Shown here piece by piece: positions 46,846 through 55,902 of a stretch of DNA of 64,000 bases (position 1 is the stretch's first letter; every line of letters starts with the position of its first letter). Position numbers and translations under genes: made by a program. The notes under the pieces were generated by a model. That model saw nothing but the letters and a program-made list of their open reading frames with translations. It made no database searches and was not told the DNA's origin. This DNA is from Lachnospiraceae bacterium (GTDB lineage Bacteria; Bacillota; Clostridia; Lachnospirales; Lachnospiraceae). The stretch covers positions 27,000 to 90,999 of the forward strand of contig JBJEIY010000010.1 in the NCBI GenBank assembly GCA_051877515.1, read 5' to 3'.

Positions 46846-48786
46846 ATGGTAGAAAAGTATTTAAAGAGTCTCTCTAAGCTGTATCCGAACCGTGCCAGTG
46901 TTGCCACGGAAATGATCAATTTAAGTGCCATCTTAAATCTGCCCAAGGGTACGGAACACTATGTGACAGACTTACACGGTGAGTATGAGCAGTTTACGCA
47001 TATTTTGAGAAACGGTTCCGGTGCGATCCGGAGAAAGATCGATGATACCTTCGGAGAAGAACTCAGCCTGCAGGAGAAGAAACAGTTAGCAACGCTGGTG
47101 TATTATCCGGAAAAGAAAATGCAACAGATCTTAAAGAGTATTACGGATACGGAGGAATGGTATGAGGTTACCCTGAGGAGACTGGTACGTCTTGCCAAGC
47201 GGTGTTCCTTTAAGTATTCCAGATCAAAACTGAGAAAATCATTACCGAAAGATTTTTCTTATGTCATGGAAGAGTTGTTAAGTAACCGTTCACAGATCAG
47301 TGATCTGGAGGCTTATTATTCCGCGATTTTTGCCACGGTGATCCGAACCGGCAGAGCGCAGGAACTGATCATTGCTTTTGCTGATCTCATTCGCCGGCTG
47401 ACAGTAGATCAATTGCATGTGGTGGGAGATATTTTTGACAGAGGACCCTATCCGGATAAGATCATGGATGACCTTATGATGACCCATGATGTGGATATCC
47501 AGTGGGGAAATCATGATGTACTCTGGATGGGAGCTGCCTGCGGACAGTTGTCCTGTGTGGCTACCGTATTGCGTATCTGTGCCCGTTACGGAAATCTGGA
47601 TATTCTGGAAGACGGATATGGGATCAATGTCCTTCCGTTGGTGCGTTTTGCCCTGGACACTTATGGGGATGATCCCTGTGAGTGCTTTTCCATTCATTAC
47701 CGGCCGGAGGATTACAGTAAGAAAGAGATGGAACTGGATATGAAAATCCATAAGGCCATTTCCATCATTCAGTTCAAACTGGAAGGCCAGCTGATCAACC
47801 TGCATCCGGAGTATAAGATGCAGGACAGACTGCTGTTAGATAAAATTAATTTAGAGAAGAATACCGTGATCGTGGACGGAGCAGAATATCCCCTACTGGA
47901 CAGTAACTTCCCAACACTTGACCCACAGCATCCTTATGAACTGACAGAAGAGGAAGAGGATGTTATGAACCGTATGCAGCAGGCATTTCTGGGAAGTGAA
48001 AAACTGCAGCGTCATATCCGTTTTCTGTATGATAAGGGGAATCTGTATAAAATCGCCAACGGACAGTTACTGTTTCATGGCTGTCTGCCTTTGACAGAGG
48101 AAGGCACCTTTGCCCAGGTAAGGGTAGGACAGAATGTGTATGCGGGAAAAGCACTGTATGACTGTCTGGAGCAGGCGTTGCGTCTGGCTTATTATAACCG
48201 GGAACCCCATGAAGCCACCAAGAGTGACATACACTGGTTCTGCTGGACCGCAGCGGGATCGCCCTTATTCGGAAAAAGCAAGATGGCAACCTTTGAACGT
48301 TATTTTCTTGCGGATAAAGCTACCCACAAGGAGCATGGAAACCCCTATTACCGTTACATCGAGAATAAGGTGGTAGTGGAGAATATTCTGGCGGATTTTG
48401 GCCTTAGCAGCAAGGAAAGTCATCTGATCAACGGACATATGCCGGTGAAGGTTTCCAAAGGGGAATCTCCGGTAAAATGCGGTGGCCGGGTGCTGACCAT
48501 AGACGGTGGTTTTTCCAAGGCATATCAGCCGCAGACCGGTATCGCAGGTTATACGCTTACCTATAACTCTTACGGAATGGTACTGGTTTCCCATGAACCG
48601 TTTACCTCCATTGAAGATGCCATTGAGAAGGAAACGGATATTCATTCCCATAAGGTGTTGGTGGAACAGGTAACCAAGCGGAAGCTGGTAAAAGATACGG
48701 ATACGGGGCGGGAACTGGCCCAGATGATTGACGATCTGGAACAGTTGTTGGATGCATACCGCTACGGACGCCTTCCGGAAGCATAG
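46846..48786 (+). CDS. fbp: fructose-1,6-bisphosphatase class 3
   Basis: About 640 aa; YLKSLSKLYPN...VTDLHGEYE, VGDIFDRGP, WGNHD metallophosphatase motifs. Confidence 0.95.
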   Translation: MVEKYLKSLSKLYPNRASVATEMINLSAILNLPKGTEHYVTDLHGEYEQFTHILRNGSGAIRRKIDDTFGEELSLQEKKQLATLVYYPEKKMQQILKSITDTEEWYEVTLRRLVRLAKRCSFKYSRSKLRKSLPKDFSYVMEELLSNRSQISDLEAYYSAIFATVIRTGRAQELIIAFADLIRRLTVDQLHVVGDIFDRGPYPDKIMDDLMMTHDVDIQWGNHDVLWMGAACGQLSCVATVLRICARYGNLDILEDGYGINVLPLVRFALDTYGDDPCECFSIHYRPEDYSKKEMELDMKIHKAISIIQFKLEGQLINLHPEYKMQDRLLLDKINLEKNTVIVDGAEYPLLDSNFPTLDPQHPYELTEEEEDVMNRMQQAFLGSEKLQRHIRFLYDKGNLYKIANGQLLFHGCLPLTEEGTFAQVRVGQNVYAGKALYDCLEQALRLAYYNREPHEATKSDIHWFCWTAAGSPLFGKSKMATFERYFLADKATHKEHGNPYYRYIENKVVVENILADFGLSSKESHLINGHMPVKVSKGESPVKCGGRVLTIDGGFSKAYQPQTGIAGYTLTYNSYGMVLVSHEPFTSIEDAIEKETDIHSHKVLVEQVTKRKLVKDTDTGRELAQMIDDLEQLLDAYRYGRLPEA

Positions 48787-48804
48787 AGAATTGAGGAGAT
48801 TTAA

Positions 48805-50280
48805 ATGGAAAACGAGAACACAAAGGACTTGAAGTCCGGAGAGAATACAGAAGAAAAAGAGTATGAGGACGTGTGTTATATCTGCCGGCGACCGGAATCA
48901 CGCACAGGCAGGATGTTGCATATCCCACAGAATATTTCAATCTGTGTTGACTGTATGCAAAGAACGTTTGATACCATGAGTGGAGTGGGATTGTCTCCCA
49001 TGGATTTCGGAATGGATGCTCCGCTTCCGCCACAGATGCATACGTCCAGTGAGACGCAGCAGGAAACGGAAGAAAAGAACCGGGAAAACAAGATCCCGCG
49101 TATCAGCTTTCTAAATCTGGGTGATTTTGTGGGTATGGATGGGATACCCAGAAGCCAGCGTGTGAAAAAAACCAAAGAGAAGAAGAAAGAAAAGCCGGTA
49201 TTTGACATCAAGAACATTCCGCCGCCACACAAGATCAAAGAAGAATTGGATCAGTATGTGGTGGGTCAGGAACAGGCTAAGAGGGTAATGTCTGTGGCAG
49301 TCTATAACCATTACAAGAGGATCAGCCACCAGAATGAAAGCCCTGTGGAAATCGAAAAGTCTAATATGCTGATGATCGGACCTACCGGTTGCGGAAAGAC
49401 TTATCTGGTTAAAACTCTGGCCCGTCTGCTTGATGTGCCGCTTGCCATTACGGATGCCACTTCGCTTACAGAGGCCGGATACATTGGTGACGATATCGAG
49501 AGTGTGGTTTCCAAGCTTCTGGCAGCAGCGGATAATGATGTGGAAAAGGCGGAACACGGAATCATTTTCGTAGATGAAATTGACAAGATCGCAAAAAAGA
49601 AGAATACAAATCAGCGGGATGTATCCGGCGAAAGTGTACAGCAGGGAATGCTGAAACTGCTGGAAGGAGCTGAGGTAGAGGTTCCGGTGGGAGCTAACAG
49701 CAAAAATGCCATGGTACCGCTGGTGACCGTAAATACCAAGGACATTCTGTTTATTTGCGGCGGTGCATTTCCTGAGATGGAAAATGTTATCAAAGAACGG
49801 TTGAATAAATCTTCCTCTATGGGATTTCTGGCGGATCTGAAGGATAAGTATGACCAGGATCAGAACATCCTGCATCAGGTTACCACAGAAGATGTGCGTA
49901 ATTTCGGTATGATACCGGAATTTATCGGTCGTTTGCCGGTGCTGTTTGCTCTGGATGCATTGGATGAAGATATGATGATCCGTATTTTAAAAGAGCCCAG
50001 AAATGCCATCATTAAGCAGTACGAAGAACTGCTGGCCATGGATGGGGTGAAGCTTACCTTTACCGAAGGAGCACTGCGTAAGATTGCTCAGAAAGCTATG
50101 GAAAAGAAGGTAGGAGCGCGTGCCCTGCGGGCTGTTATTGAGGAATTCATGCTGGATATCATGTATGAAACTCCCAAGGATGACAACATTGGGGAAGTGG
50201 TGATCACCCAGGAATATCTGGAACATACAGGAGGACCCGAGATCCGAATGCGGGATTTCGGAAGGATTGAAGCACATTAG
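48805..50280 (+). CDS. clpX: ClpX-family AAA+ unfoldase, atypical long form
   Basis: Zn ribbon CYIC...CVDC, Walker A GPTGCGKT, pore loop GYIG, docking loop MGF, sensor/arginine-finger region. About 70-80 aa longer than canonical ClpX between the Zn domain and the AAA+ module. Confidence 0.85.
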   Translation: MENENTKDLKSGENTEEKEYEDVCYICRRPESRTGRMLHIPQNISICVDCMQRTFDTMSGVGLSPMDFGMDAPLPPQMHTSSETQQETEEKNRENKIPRISFLNLGDFVGMDGIPRSQRVKKTKEKKKEKPVFDIKNIPPPHKIKEELDQYVVGQEQAKRVMSVAVYNHYKRISHQNESPVEIEKSNMLMIGPTGCGKTYLVKTLARLLDVPLAITDATSLTEAGYIGDDIESVVSKLLAAADNDVEKAEHGIIFVDEIDKIAKKKNTNQRDVSGESVQQGMLKLLEGAEVEVPVGANSKNAMVPLVTVNTKDILFICGGAFPEMENVIKERLNKSSSMGFLADLKDKYDQDQNILHQVTTEDVRNFGMIPEFIGRLPVLFALDALDEDMMIRILKEPRNAIIKQYEELLAMDGVKLTFTEGALRKIAQKAMEKKVGARALRAVIEEFMLDIMYETPKDDNIGEVVITQEYLEHTGGPEIRMRDFGRIEAH

Positions 50281-50288
50281 AATATGAT

Positions 50289-50360
50289 AAGCCCCCTAAT
50301 ATTCCGGGCGCGCTGGTTGCTGACGCAAAATCGCTTGCCCTGGAATATTAGGGGGCTTTT
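50289..50360 (+). terminator. very long hairpin terminator after clpX-like gene
   Basis: AAGCCCCCTAATATTCC(GGGC) / (GCCC)TGGAATATTAGGGGGCTT: 17 perfect bp plus 4, loop about 27 nt, then TTTTGTGTT. Confidence 0.75.
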
Positions 50361-50482
50361 GTGTTCTAAGTCGCAATAGTGACGAAAAACCGTCTAGCCG
50401 GGAATTGTTACGGAGCTTTTGTGTTCTAAGTCGCAATAGTGATGAAAAAACGTCTGGCCGGGAATTGTTACGGAGCTTTTGT
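50355..50482 (+). repeat. 2.1 copies of a 60-bp tandem direct repeat
   Basis: 50355-50414 versus 50415-50474 differ at 3 positions. A partial third copy is GCTTTTGT at 50475-50482. Confidence 0.9.
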
Positions 50483-50508
50483 CATATAGTTTTAAAAAAA
50501 GAGGTTTT

Positions 50509-52239
50509 ATGGATTGTCCTTATGTTTACCGGGAGGATGTGTACGATTTTATCATAGATCAGGCTGATGATTACAATGGTGCTGTTCCCATCATTCCGGT
50601 ATGCGAAAAAAACATTGCAGATCAGTACACGATACAGTATATGGAACGGGCCGGGGCACCGGCCCTGTCTATTTATAACTATACGTACACTGCGATTCCC
50701 ACCGTGTACAGTCCTTTGGCAGAATTATATCTGGACGCCAGCTGCATTACACCGGTTTTAAACAATGAGACACTGGGGTTAAACGGACGTGGCGTGATCA
50801 TTGGGTTCGTGGATTCCGGAATCAATCTGACCAGTGAAAGCTTTCAATACGTGGGAGGAGGAACCCGTGTTGTGGCGCTGTGGGACCAGAACAAACCGGG
50901 GGAAGAGTCCCGCCCTGCGCAACAGACCGTCCCGGAAAACGTAACACAGCAGGGCGCACCTGAGGAAGTATCCGCTTCCCGGCCGCCGGAGGAAACCGGC
51001 TACCTGGGTTATGGCAGGGTCTATCGCCAGATACAGATCAATGAAGCACTGGAGAATCCGGAAACCACACGCATGTTACCCCGGGATGAGCTGGGACACG
51101 GAAGTTATCTGGCTGGAATCGTGGCAGGAACCAATGGAGGGATTGCGCCCCAGGCAGATATTGCGGTGGTGAAGCTAAAGCAGTGTAAACAGTATTTCCG
51201 CGAGTTTTACAAGATCCCTGCGGATACGCCCTGCTATCAGGAAAATGATGTGATGGCCGGTATTCAGTTTCTCAAAGATTATGCCAAAGAAGTGGGAAGG
51301 CCGCTGGTCCTGTGTTTTTGCCTCGGTACCAATATGGGCAGCCATACCGGGAATGCTTTTCTGGGGCAGATGTTAAACCGGATGAATCTGACCAATGGGA
51401 ACATGGTGGTGTGTGCGGCGGGCAATGAAGCGCTGAACAGGCATCATTACAGTGGCATGGTGGAGCAGCAGGGAGAAGGCGAAGAAGTGGAGATCCAGGT
51501 GGAGGAAGGATGTAAGGGATTCTGGGTGGAATGCTGGAGTCAGGTTCCACAGTCGTTTTTCATTCATGTGATCTCTCCCAGCGGAGAGAAAATGGAGGGC
51601 GTGGTGGCACAGGTAGCAGGAGAAAAAAGCCACCGGTTTGTGCTGGAAAACACCCTGGTGGTGCAGAGCGCACGTTATGTATATCAGGAAGGCGGGGAAC
51701 AGATCATTTTTACCTCCTTCGATCAGCCCACGGCAGGTATCTGGAAACTTCAGGTGTATGGCAAAGTGGTAACCACCGGGAACTACAATCTGTGGCTCCC
51801 TATGGAAGAACAGCTTTCTAAACCGGTGATCTTTCTGCAATCTGATCCGGACACCACCATCACAGAGCCGGGAAATGCATTGTCCATTCTGACAGTGACG
51901 GCTTATGATGGCAAAACCGGTGGCTTGTATATCCGGTCAGGAAGGGGTTATACTGCCAGCCAGCAGATCAAACCCGATCTGGCAGCGCCGGGAGTCAATG
52001 TGGTAAGTCCTTATGAAAACCGTTCCGATTCTTCTACCTGTGCGGCAACGGCCATTACTGCAGGGGCGGCGGTACTCTATATGCAATGGATCAATTATGT
52101 CAGACAGGGGCTTCCTGTAACAGGGAATGCCGTCAAACAGGGACTGATCTTGGGAACTAATACCAGACCGGATGAAAGCTATCCCAACCGGGAGTGGGGA
52201 TATGGGACCCTGTGCCTTTTGAATACCTTGCGCCTATAA
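50509..52239 (+). CDS. S8 subtilisin-family peptidase, Csp (germination protease)-like architecture
   Basis: Asp box GFVDSGI, His box LGHGSYLAG, oxyanion CAAGNE, but the Ser box reads SSTCAATAITAGAA. ATG at 50509 follows AAGAGG. Confidence 0.85.
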   Translation: MDCPYVYREDVYDFIIDQADDYNGAVPIIPVCEKNIADQYTIQYMERAGAPALSIYNYTYTAIPTVYSPLAELYLDASCITPVLNNETLGLNGRGVIIGFVDSGINLTSESFQYVGGGTRVVALWDQNKPGEESRPAQQTVPENVTQQGAPEEVSASRPPEETGYLGYGRVYRQIQINEALENPETTRMLPRDELGHGSYLAGIVAGTNGGIAPQADIAVVKLKQCKQYFREFYKIPADTPCYQENDVMAGIQFLKDYAKEVGRPLVLCFCLGTNMGSHTGNAFLGQMLNRMNLTNGNMVVCAAGNEALNRHHYSGMVEQQGEGEEVEIQVEEGCKGFWVECWSQVPQSFFIHVISPSGEKMEGVVAQVAGEKSHRFVLENTLVVQSARYVYQEGGEQIIFTSFDQPTAGIWKLQVYGKVVTTGNYNLWLPMEEQLSKPVIFLQSDPDTTITEPGNALSILTVTAYDGKTGGLYIRSGRGYTASQQIKPDLAAPGVNVVSPYENRSDSSTCAATAITAGAAVLYMQWINYVRQGLPVTGNAVKQGLILGTNTRPDESYPNREWGYGTLCLLNTLRL

Positions 52240-52243
52240 AAAA

Positions 52244-52269
52244 CAGGTCATACCATCCGGTATGACCTG
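52244..52269. terminator. bidirectional hairpin between the S8 gene and the cold-shock gene
   Basis: CAGGTCATACC ATCC GGTATGACCTG. The A run on the + side gives a U tract for the - strand csp transcript. Confidence 0.7.
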
Positions 52270-52301
52270 CTCTTTACTGCTAAACTTATTCTTACTGCGA
52301 T

Positions 52302-52505
52302 TTATGCAATAACGGATACGTTTACAGCCTGTGGTCCTTTGGAACCTTCTGTTACGTCGAACTGAACGGTTGCACCTTCTTCTAAGGTCTTGAATCCGTC
52401 CATGCTGATTCCGGAGAAGTGTACGAAAATATCCTGTCCTTCAGAATCGGAGATAAATCCGTAACCCTTTGTGTTGTTGAACCACTTCACTGTTCCCTGT
52501 GCCAT
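52302..52505 (-). CDS. cold-shock protein (CspA family)
   Basis: [18 protein letters not shown]...DIFVHFS (RNP1/RNP2). ATG at 52505 is 6 nt after GGAGGAA. Confidence 0.93.
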   Translation of the reverse strand: MAQGTVKWFNNTKGYGFISDSEGQDIFVHFSGISMDGFKTLEEGATVQFDVTEGSKGPQAVNVSVIA

Positions 52506-52621
52506 GTTTGTTTCCTCCATAATAACGAATATTTAGCAAAGTCATCATATCACAGTAAGTTGGCAAAGTAAAGCAATTTGCACAAAAATTCGACAAGAAA
52601 ATTTCATGGATAGTTCATTAT

Positions 52622-53116
52622 TTAAGATAACTGTTCAAAATTCAGGGAATTTTTTGTAAAAAAAACTCTGACCATCCGATCCCACTCCTGCTCCAGTGCT
52701 TTGTCTTTGGTGAAAACAGCATAGGAAACACCGGTAGTGGCAAGGATCTGGTCGTTCTGGTAGGTCAGGTTGATGTACATACCTGTAAGAGCTTCCGGAT
52801 TCAGGCTGCTGCCTGTGGTTTCCAGGGTTTTCGCCACATTTTCCGGGGAGAGACAGAACACGAACTTCATGTAGCTGGGAGTATGTGTTCCTTTCACCAT
52901 GTCATAAACATGCGACTGTATTTTCTCATAAGAAGCAAGTGCGTGAGGGTATTCATCCCGAAGGTCCGTTTCTTCCCTGCGCGTGATGTGACCGTCTACA
53001 GAATAGGTAACACCATTGACAATGGTAGCCTCCGACAGAAGAAAGTGATGGAACATATCTGAGGCCAGCAGTTTATTCATAAAAGGTTTTATTTCGGTAA
53101 ATTGTAATGCGATCAT
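52622..53116 (-). CDS. hypothetical protein (165 aa)
   Basis: ATG at 53116 follows AGGAGGA. No motif recognised. The listed longer ORF starting at 53242 lacks an RBS. Confidence 0.5.
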   Translation of the reverse strand: MIALQFTEIKPFMNKLLASDMFHHFLLSEATIVNGVTYSVDGHITRREETDLRDEYPHALASYEKIQSHVYDMVKGTHTPSYMKFVFCLSPENVAKTLETTGSSLNPEALTGMYINLTYQNDQILATTGVSYAVFTKDKALEQEWDRMVRVFFTKNSLNFEQLS

Positions 53117-53268
53117 AGGTTTTCCTCCTGTTTCATTATAGTATGGAAATAAATCCAATGTAAAGGGAAAGAGAAAAAGTGATAAATTTTGATGGTAGAA
53201 AATACCTTTGCGTGATAGAATAAGAGCATAGTACGAAGTCAAGGTTCGAGACGACAGTTGGAGGGAGT

Positions 53269-54561
53269 ATGACCAAGAAAGAGATCAACAAAAAACTATT
53301 TGAATTACTGGAGAAGGGAGTAACTCCGTTCCATGTGGTGGAGCAGGCGGAGGAGCAGCTTAAGGATGCCGGATTTAAGCCACTTGCCATGGAGGATCCC
53401 TGGACGATAGAAAAAGGAAAAACCTATTATGTCAATCATAACGGCTCTGCATTATTTGCTTTCCGCATCGGGCAAGATGTGCAGGAAAGGTCCATGATCC
53501 GGATGGCAGCAGCCCATACCGATCATCCCTGTTTCTGTATGAAACCGGAACCGGAAGTAGCAGCAGGGGGTTATGCTCAGGTAAACGTAGAAAGTTATGG
53601 GGGAGCTATTCTGAATACCTGGTTGGACAGGCCATTATCGCTGGCAGGAAAAGTTGCTATAAGAAGTAAGGATGCTTTCCATCCGGACATGCGCTTGATC
53701 CATGTGAAAAAACCTTTGATGACAATTCCAAATCTGGCCATTCATATGAATCCTGAAGTGAACAAGGGTGTGGAATTGAACAAACAGACAGATCTGTTGC
53801 CGATCCTTGGGATGTTGGGAGAAGACCGGGAAGAAAAGAGCTTTATGCAGACCTATCTGGCGGAAGAATTGAAGGTTGCAAAAGAGGATATACTGGATTA
53901 TGAGTTATTTGTATATAATACGGATAAACCACAGTTTCTGGGAATGAACGAGGAGCTGATCCAGTCCCCGAGACTGGATAATCTCACCGGTGTGCAGGCA
54001 CTGCTTTCCGGTTTGATCGACAGCAAAAACAAAGACAGCATTGAAGTCATCGCCTTGTTCAATCACGAAGAAATCGGCAGTAAAACCAAACAGGGTGCAG
54101 ATTCCATGGTTTTGAACCATATTTTGGAAAGAATACAGACGAATCTGGGACGTTCAGATCAGCAGCGGATAGCAGGCTTATATCACGGCATGCTGCTTTC
54201 TGTGGATGTGGCGCATGCATTGCATCCCAACCATCAGGGTAAGACGGATATTACCAACAAACCGGTTTTAAATAAGGGATTTGTGATCAAGGAAGCCTGT
54301 GGGCAGTCCTATGCCACAGATTGTGAAGCGGTGGGGATCATATGTCAGCTTTGCGAGGAAAACAAGATCCCTTATCAGAAGTTTGTAAACCGTTCGGATC
54401 TTCGGGGAGGAAGAACACTGGGGTCTTTGGCCTCTTCCATGACACCGGTGAAAACAGTGGATATCGGAGTTCCCATGTTGGCTATGCATTCAGCCAATGA
54501 ATGTATGGGCTCCGAGGACGAACTGGCATTATATCGCATCGTGTCTGCATTTTTTGCATAA
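53269..54561 (+). CDS. M18-family aminopeptidase
   Basis: TPFHVV, AAHTDHPCF, FNHEEIGS, HSANE motifs. Confidence 0.85.
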   Translation: MTKKEINKKLFELLEKGVTPFHVVEQAEEQLKDAGFKPLAMEDPWTIEKGKTYYVNHNGSALFAFRIGQDVQERSMIRMAAAHTDHPCFCMKPEPEVAAGGYAQVNVESYGGAILNTWLDRPLSLAGKVAIRSKDAFHPDMRLIHVKKPLMTIPNLAIHMNPEVNKGVELNKQTDLLPILGMLGEDREEKSFMQTYLAEELKVAKEDILDYELFVYNTDKPQFLGMNEELIQSPRLDNLTGVQALLSGLIDSKNKDSIEVIALFNHEEIGSKTKQGADSMVLNHILERIQTNLGRSDQQRIAGLYHGMLLSVDVAHALHPNHQGKTDITNKPVLNKGFVIKEACGQSYATDCEAVGIICQLCEENKIPYQKFVNRSDLRGGRTLGSLASSMTPVKTVDIGVPMLAMHSANECMGSEDELALYRIVSAFFA

Positions 54562-54620
54562 ATGCAATCATATTAGGCGGGGCATGAGTATTATTTCAAG
54601 TCTGTAACAGGAGGATAATC

Positions 54621-55556
54621 ATGGGATATGAAAAAATGACAGGAAGCTTCCTAAGTAATGATAAAAAGCATTCCATTGCCTACTATGTATATAAACCGGA
54701 AGGACAGATCCGGGCTATGTTGCAGATCTCTCATGGCATGTGTGAGTATTTGGAACGTTATGAACCGCATATCCGTGTTTTTACCGAACAAGGTTATCTG
54801 GTATTCGGAAATGACCATCTGGGACATAAGGGAAGTGTGACCTGCAAAGAGGAATTGGGCTACATGGGTCATAAAGATGGCTGGAAGTATATGTATGAGG
54901 ATGTCCATCAGCTCACCGGGCTTATGAAAAAAGAGTATCCGGAACTTCCCTGCTTTTTGTTTGGACACAGCATGGGATCTTTTGTTGCCAGGGAAGTGAT
55001 CGCTCATTATGGTCAGGAGTATCAGGGGGCAATCCTGTGTGGGACTGCCGGAACCAATAAAATGGCAGGTGCGGGTCTGAAACTGGTATCTGCGGTACGG
55101 ACACTTCGCGGGGAAAAGACCAGAAGCAGATTTCTGACCCGGCTGATGTTCGGTGCCTACAACAGTAAATACGATCCGGTTAGAACAGAGTATGATTGGC
55201 TGACCAGAGATGTGAACGTGGTAGATGCCTACCTGGCAGATGAGTATTGCAGGTTTACTTTTACCGCAGCAGGATATTCGGATTTAATGAGCATACTGGT
55301 AGATATCTCTTCAGACAGCTGGTATGATTCCATTCCCGGGCAATTACCTTTGCTCCTTTTAAGTGGTGATATGGATCCTGTGGGAGGCTGGGGAGAAGGC
55401 GTTAAAGAAGTCGATGCCAGAATCCGCCGGCGCAGACCGGAGAATTATGGAATGAAACTATATCCGGGAATGCGTCATGAGATCTTAAATGAAATAGGAA
55501 AAGAAGAAGTATATCAGGATATTTTGGAGTTTCTGACGGAGAATGGCCCGAAATAA
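54621..55556 (+). CDS. alpha/beta hydrolase (lysophospholipase / monoacylglycerol lipase-like)
   Basis: HGMCE, nucleophile elbow GHSMGS, C-terminal His region GMRHEI. Confidence 0.8.
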   Translation: MGYEKMTGSFLSNDKKHSIAYYVYKPEGQIRAMLQISHGMCEYLERYEPHIRVFTEQGYLVFGNDHLGHKGSVTCKEELGYMGHKDGWKYMYEDVHQLTGLMKKEYPELPCFLFGHSMGSFVAREVIAHYGQEYQGAILCGTAGTNKMAGAGLKLVSAVRTLRGEKTRSRFLTRLMFGAYNSKYDPVRTEYDWLTRDVNVVDAYLADEYCRFTFTAAGYSDLMSILVDISSDSWYDSIPGQLPLLLLSGDMDPVGGWGEGVKEVDARIRRRRPENYGMKLYPGMRHEILNEIGKEEVYQDILEFLTENGPK

Positions 55557-55582
55557 GAAACATGGATCAGAGAAAGTACAAA

Positions 55583-55645
55583 GAGCCTGCCATTTTGATA
55601 TGCCCCCTGTCTATTTAAGAGGGAACATATCAAAATGGCGGGCTC
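55583..55645 (+). terminator. long hairpin downstream of the hydrolase gene
   Basis: GAGCCTGCCATTTTGATATG / CATATCAAAATGGCGGGCTC, about 20 bp with one T-G pair, followed by TCTTTG. Confidence 0.6.
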
Positions 55646-55682
55646 TCTTTGCATCCCTGAGGATGTTAAATTTTTGTTTAGT

Positions 55683-55700
55683 GTGTGAACAAATTAACAA
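55683..55700 (+). promoter_or_regulatory. candidate Rex (redox-sensing repressor) operator upstream of the hydrogenase operon
   Basis: GTGTGAA CAAA TTAACAA compared with the consensus TTGTGAAnnnnTTCACAA / TTGTTAAnnnnTTAACAA. Lies in a very AT-rich leader. Confidence 0.35.
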
Positions 55701-55902
55701 AAAATTAATAAATAATTTTTATTATAAAGTTACAAGTATATTATCACAAACATCTGCTAAAATCAATGAGAAAGTTGCAAAAAATACATTTTTTATACAA
55801 AAAAATTTTGAAATCTATTGTGCAGATATGAATGAAATGTTAATATTAAATGAGCTGAAAGTTAAAACAGCCTAATGAACCTAATTAAGCGGGAGGGATA
55901 AC

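Noticed and set aside
55543-55875. 110-aa ORF between the hydrolase and the hydrogenase operon.
   Set aside because: It starts inside the hydrolase gene, spans that gene's terminator hairpin and an extremely AT-rich leader, has no RBS, and gives a Lys/Asn/Ile low-complexity translation.
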